From assembly GCA_963783695.1 (NCBI GenBank), contig CAWAOM010000006.1:546888-610887 (forward strand): a DNA stretch of 64,000 nt, in the 5' to 3' direction. Each line of letters starts with the position of its first letter. The stretch's first letter is position 1. The translations under genes were made by a program, and so were the position numbers. The notes under the pieces are model-generated. The model made no database searches and was not told the DNA's origin. It was given only the letters and a program-made list of their open reading frames with translations. This stretch comes from an uncultured Gammaproteobacteria bacterium. GTDB taxonomy: Bacteria; Pseudomonadota; Gammaproteobacteria; Steroidobacterales; BM003. Positions 58,647-64,000 of this stretch are shown here, piece by piece.

Positions 58647-58847
58647 ATGAGCACAGCCAAAGGACCAGGCAATCGCCAGCCATCGCAACCGCAGTTTGAA
58701 GAGGACGCGGAAATCTGGGAGTACTACAACCCGACACTGGCGCTCGTGGACAGTCCCGACCTTGCGCGCAGGTACGGCGACGTCGAAACGGCCATGGCGC
58801 ATGAGAGCGGTAGCGCCCGCGCCGGCCGCGACGACTCCGAGCGCTAG
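58647..58847 (+). CDS. Small hypothetical protein (66 aa)
   Basis: GGAGG RBS, ATG; MSTAKGPG..EDAEIWEYYNPTL; lies behind the predicted promoter. Confidence 0.55.
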   Translation: MSTAKGPGNRQPSQPQFEEDAEIWEYYNPTLALVDSPDLARRYGDVETAMAHESGSARAGRDDSER

Positions 58848-58871
58848 CGGTTCAGGCGGCGTCGGCCGATC

Positions 58872-59027
58872 TCACACCGTTAGCGCCAGCACAAAACCTG
58901 CGGCTGCGCCCAACGCGAGAAAGAAAGTCCAGGTCAGCAACCGCTGGGCGTGAGATGACTGCAATACAACCGGCACCCGAATCAGCAGGTCATCGAGATC
59001 ATCCAGCCATTGCAAAACGCACTCCAT
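58872..59027 (-). CDS. Small membrane protein (51 aa), absent from the ORF track
   Basis: Manual translation MECVLQWLDDLDDLLIRVPVVLQSSHAQRLLTWTFFLALGAAAGFVLALTV; GGAG RBS; C-terminal TM. Confidence 0.65.
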   Translation of the reverse strand: MECVLQWLDDLDDLLIRVPVVLQSSHAQRLLTWTFFLALGAAAGFVLALTV

Positions 59028-59029
59028 AT

Positions 59030-59209
59030 CTACTTCTCCGATTGCCGTGGTAACGCCCGCAGCCGTGCAGCAGCCTCCGCCTGACGTTGCTCCGATATCC
59101 AGTGATGACGCTCGACCCGGCGCGCTGAATCAATTGCTTTTGCCAGCCATTCCAACGGATAGATGTCGTGAGAATCTTCTGCTCGGGGCAGCTCTTGTTT
59201 TGTTGTCAC
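59030..59209 (-). CDS. Small hypothetical protein (59 aa)
   Basis: GTG start downstream of the predicted TSS with AGGGG RBS; stop 2 nt before the next ATG. Confidence 0.5.
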   Translation of the reverse strand: MTTKQELPRAEDSHDIYPLEWLAKAIDSARRVERHHWISEQRQAEAAARLRALPRQSEK

Positions 59210-59246
59210 GTTCGCCAGACCCCTGTCAATCTGTAGCTTGGGCGAC

Positions 59247-59289
59247 ACTATAATCGTGTCGCCTGGTTCGCTCCGTGAGGCGTTTCACA
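59247..59289 (-). promoter_or_regulatory. Class II CRP-family promoter
   Basis: TGTGA-N6-TCACG on the minus strand (59274-59289) and -10 TATAGT (59252-59247); site centre -41.5 from inferred TSS 59240. Confidence 0.7.
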
Positions 59290-59520
59290 ACTGCGAACAA
59301 GGCTCTTGTCTTATGTCGATTCCAGCCCGACAAAGGCGCATCGTTAGCCGCGAAAATGTCGCTGTAAGATGCTTGCCGAGGACCACAATGGCGGCGCGCC
59401 GGCGATACCGGTTCGCAGGGAGAAACACGGGTTGGAAAAAGTGGCCGGCCACGCGCTGACACCCGCGCGGCCCATTGGTCAGGACTCGTCGTCCTATACT
59501 GATTTGGACGAATGGAAGGC

Positions 59521-59597
59521 AAATTTATAAGTTTTATAGAGACTTATATATCAGCTTCCACAATCCCGAAACTCTTGGTTCACTGTGTGGTTCACTG
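59521..59597. other. Putative genomic-island boundary (att-like)
   Basis: AT-rich inverted repeat TATAAGT-N9-ACTTATA plus direct repeat TGGTTCACTG x2 (59576, 59588). Confidence 0.4.
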
Positions 59598-59974
59598 AAT
59601 GAGTCGATTTCTGGCCGATTCTCCCGGAAATGCCATTTTCCAGCCACCCGCCGAAATGCGAGTCTCACTGCATGCCAATATTCGGCTCTGACATTCCTGG
59701 CTACACCGAACCGCGTTACCGCGACGAACTGCTGCGACTTGAACGAATCGTGCTGCGACCAGTTATGTCCACTGAACGACAGCAAGCCCTGATCGGGGGT
59801 GGTTATGTCGAAGCGAAGACCGGCCCCAAGAACAGCACGCCGAAGCACAGCGCCGACGGCGTCGAAGCGGACCGATGCCTGCAATGTCACCGGCAGTGTA
59901 AAACTGACCCCCTAACGGCAAGATAAAGTTGACCCCCCTGTATGGTACGCCCTCCGAGATGAACGGGGCGCGAG

Positions 59975-61770
<1,796 letters not shown>

Positions 61771-62098
61771 TTGAACGGACAGGAGGGTCAATTTTATCTT
61801 GCCGTTTCCGGACAAAAAGGGGTCAGTTTTATGTTGCCGTTGACAGCAAGCCCGAACGCCAGTAGCCCGAGCGTAGCCGGCTCAGGCACGGCACCGAAAC
61901 TTGCGAGGGATTACAGGCCACGCCAAAGCACGCCGCCTTATCTCAAATTGGCATCGAATCGGCAGGACTAACGGAAGGGAGAAACAAATACGTAGTTGGA
62001 ACTACGTGAATTGGTGAGCAGGCGCGGTGCTGGCGTCATGCTCTCCAGCGACTATGCTTTCTATCAGACCCGCCAGCGCATCGGCGGCATATCTAATC

Positions 62099-62138
62099 AA
62101 AACAACAGAACAAAGGCGGCGGCCCGAAGGCCGCCGTT
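62099..62138 (-). terminator. Terminator of the PEP-CTERM gene
   Basis: CGGCGGCC-TTCG-GGCCGCCG stem with UUCG loop, followed by a U-rich tail on the minus strand. Confidence 0.75.
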
Positions 62139-62165
62139 GCTATCCGAAAACCGCCATTATCCCAG

Positions 62166-62756
62166 TCAGATCTTGCGGCGCCGCGCAGCGAGGCCGAGGC
62201 CGAGCAATCCGAGGCCGAACAGGCTAAGCGCAGCCGGTTCGGCCACCTGCACCGGGGCGAACGACGTCAGTAGGAGCCTATCGCCAGTGTCTTCATTAGT
62301 GGTGATCTCGAAGTAGAACGTGCCCTCGGGCGCGCCGGATCCGAGGCTCGCGAACATGTTGAAGTCGCCGCTCAACCCGTCGCTCGCCCCCCAGATACCG
62401 TTCGTCGTCGGCTGGCCAACCAGTTCCTGCGACAAGTCGAGCGCCGCTCCATCGGTCCACCAGGCGAATTCATTGAAATCCTCGAGGGTGAACGTCCCGT
62501 TGCCCGAAGAAGCGCCGCTCACCGTGATAGAAAACGCAGTGATACCCAGCAACGCGGGCTCGGCGTACATTTCACCATCGGAGGGGTTCAGCAGCACCGC
62601 ATCGTCGATGGTGATCGTGCCGGTCGCCGAGGCGTTATTGCCGAAAGACTCCCCCGACCAGGCCAGGCGGAAGTCGATTAGGGTCGCGTTCGCCGCTGAC
62701 GAAACGACCAGGCTCGCCGCCACGACGGCGGCGGCCAGAAACGATTTGATGAGCAT
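62166..62756 (-). CDS. PEP-CTERM sorting-domain surface protein (VAEP variant)
   Basis: Signal peptide ending AANA; C-terminus VAEPAALSLFGLGLLGLGLAARRRKI. Confidence 0.88.
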   Translation of the reverse strand: MLIKSFLAAAVVAASLVVSSAANATLIDFRLAWSGESFGNNASATGTITIDDAVLLNPSDGEMYAEPALLGITAFSITVSGASSGNGTFTLEDFNEFAWWTDGAALDLSQELVGQPTTNGIWGASDGLSGDFNMFASLGSGAPEGTFYFEITTNEDTGDRLLLTSFAPVQVAEPAALSLFGLGLLGLGLAARRRKI

Positions 62757-62799
62757 GGAATCCCCCAGAAGAAAGCTGCTATTCCCTGCCCATGAACGA

Positions 62800-62848
62800 A
62801 GCAAGATTCATTCCGGATTTTCTCAAAACATTAGATTTCAACCGTTTA
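62800..62848 (-). promoter_or_regulatory. Sigma54 promoter with adjacent IHF-like site
   Basis: CCGGAATGAATCTTGCT (GG-N10-GC, 62816-62800); TTTCAACCGTTTA (62836-62848) resembles WATCAANNNNTTR. Confidence 0.6.
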
Positions 62849-62950
62849 ACTTAATATGAAAACGCGACGCATTCGCATCAAGCGGATGGTGTTGGGGCGA
62901 AAGAGAACTCCGCCGATTGCCATGTCTGATTTTGAGCGAGCCATTATTGA

Positions 62951-63448
62951 CTAAGGCTTGTTGTCGTTTGCAATTCGTCCAATGAGTTTCTGGCCTATGT
63001 CGCTCATGAACGTCAGGCAGTCTATAGCAACCTGAGACTTCGACAAATCGACCCTTTCATCGTCCCATTCAAGATTGGGGAAGGGTTTAGTGTTCATCTG
63101 CTGCTCGAACTCGGACCTACACTGCTTCGCCCGCTTACCCTCGAAACCGTGCGCGACAGAATGGCGGATGTGTCTGAAGGCCCCCAGCTTTGTTAATTCG
63201 TCCGGAGTCAGCCATTCTTGCTCCATGTCTCTCGAGACGAATTCTTCCCACATTGCGAATAGGTAGACGACTAATAGTCCCTGTACGGCACGATCTACAC
63301 CATCTTGAAGTTCTTTCCTGGTCTCCGGGTTGGGGTGCTTGACGATGTTCCGAGTGCCACTAAGCAGTTGCCCGAACTCACGCTGCGCGGCGCGGATCTG
63401 CGCCATCATCAGCGGCAACATTTGAGTGAATAAATCGACGTTGCGCAA
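62951..63448 (-). CDS. Hypothetical protein with HEPN-like RxxxxH motif
   Basis: Helical; YLFAMWEEF followed by RHIRHSVAH; start 63448 or 63421. Confidence 0.65.
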   Translation of the reverse strand: MRNVDLFTQMLPLMMAQIRAAQREFGQLLSGTRNIVKHPNPETRKELQDGVDRAVQGLLVVYLFAMWEEFVSRDMEQEWLTPDELTKLGAFRHIRHSVAHGFEGKRAKQCRSEFEQQMNTKPFPNLEWDDERVDLSKSQVAIDCLTFMSDIGQKLIGRIANDNKP

Positions 63449-63451
63449 GTG

Positions 63452-63655
63452 TTACACGATCCTGTCCCAGTGGACTTTCAATAGAATTAATAGAATGAAG
63501 AGCATCACCATGAAAATACCTGCCAGCCACTCGTTGGCCTTCTTGAGACCCTGGTTCGCGTCCCGGATGTACTTCATGAGCCACTTGGTGTCCTCGCTTA
63601 AAGGTAGCTTATCGAGTGCCTCTTCAAACTGAATCAGTCGTTCATATTCGTCCAC
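63452..63655 (-). CDS. Small protein with C-terminal transmembrane helix (67 aa)
   Basis: WLAGIFMVMLFILLILL TM; stop lies 3 nt from the next ORF. Confidence 0.6.
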   Translation of the reverse strand: MDEYERLIQFEEALDKLPLSEDTKWLMKYIRDANQGLKKANEWLAGIFMVMLFILLILLKVHWDRIV

Positions 63656-63824
63656 TGCGTTGCCTTTCGATAGCCCGGTCGATGACTGAATAGATCCCAG
63701 TTTCAGTGTGCCATGTCAGTACAACGGGGTCTTTACAGGTGCCGCCGTCGATGAGTTAGCCGGATCGGTCAACCAGAGTTTTGTCGGATTTATTTTCTAT
63801 ATTTTAGGCCATATCGAACTGTTT

Positions 63825-64000
63825 TTACCTGCCATTTAGATCGTTGAGCAATCTCAATGCATCTTCCTTGGCCCCAAGATTGAACGCGTGTTCGTTGCCA
63901 TTTAACTCAAGCATCAAATTGTTGAGCAACAACTCAGTCACATCCAGAAGCTCACGCAGTTCAGCGGGTCTCATGTCCGCACCTCTAAAGATATCGTCGA
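63825..64000 (-). CDS. C-terminus of an accessory helical protein (partial)
   Basis: Open frame from the window edge: DDIFRGADMRPAELRELLDVTELLLNNLMLELNGNEHAFNLGAKEDALRLLNDLNGR*. Confidence 0.6.
   Translation of the reverse strand, partial: DDIFRGADMRPAELRELLDVTELLLNNLMLELNGNEHAFNLGAKEDALRLLNDLNGR

Noticed and set aside
59210-59248. Start of the 72-aa ORF at 59248
   Set aside because: This GTG lies in the predicted -10 region upstream of the inferred TSS; the GTG at 59209 fits better
59300-59600. tRNA or tmRNA at the island boundary
   Set aside because: No cloverleaf, T-loop GTTCGA or CCA 3' end found by eye on either strand
59672-59926. Plus-strand ORF MPIFGSDIPG... running into the IS end
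   Set aside because: No RBS or recognisable motif; overlaps the better-supported minus-strand PEP-CTERM remnant. A gene fragment cannot be excluded
63715-63765. GGCTAAC...GTTGTAC as a possible integron attC
   Set aside because: Ends are not complementary R''/R' boxes, there is no internal palindrome, and no second attC is present

Overview
A GC-rich gammaproteobacterial chromosomal window, almost all core housekeeping genes from 1 to about 58.5 kb. It contains ppx (partial), erpA, bactofilin, rppH, a Fur-boxed Fe3+ ABC transporter, a secreted subtilase, a GGDEF cyclase, tyrA, pduO/btuF, ampDE, bioA and rsmE. It continues with a type IV pilus Pil-Chp chemosensory operon, gshB-tonB-yqgE-yqgF-pyrB, pilT-pilU-pilU2, yggS-proC-yggT-yggU, an HU-like protein, msrB, an osmoprotectant ABC transporter and htpG. 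From about 59.5 kb an accessory region begins, with an att-like boundary, a complete IS21-family element inserted into an orphan PEP-CTERM tail, an intact sigma54-type PEP-CTERM gene, and AT-richer HEPN-like genes running off the window end. Most notable observations: (i) three microproteins in two convergent units, each behind a class II CRP-family promoter; (ii) a minimal Pil-Chp system whose PilJ has no periplasmic domain and which has no PilK/ChpB in the operon; (iii) an unannotated ~160-nt structured RNA upstream of rppH; (iv) the IS21-split PEP-CTERM cassette; (v) a candidate HEPN plus membrane-protein defence module. All calls come from reading motifs by eye; no database searches were run.
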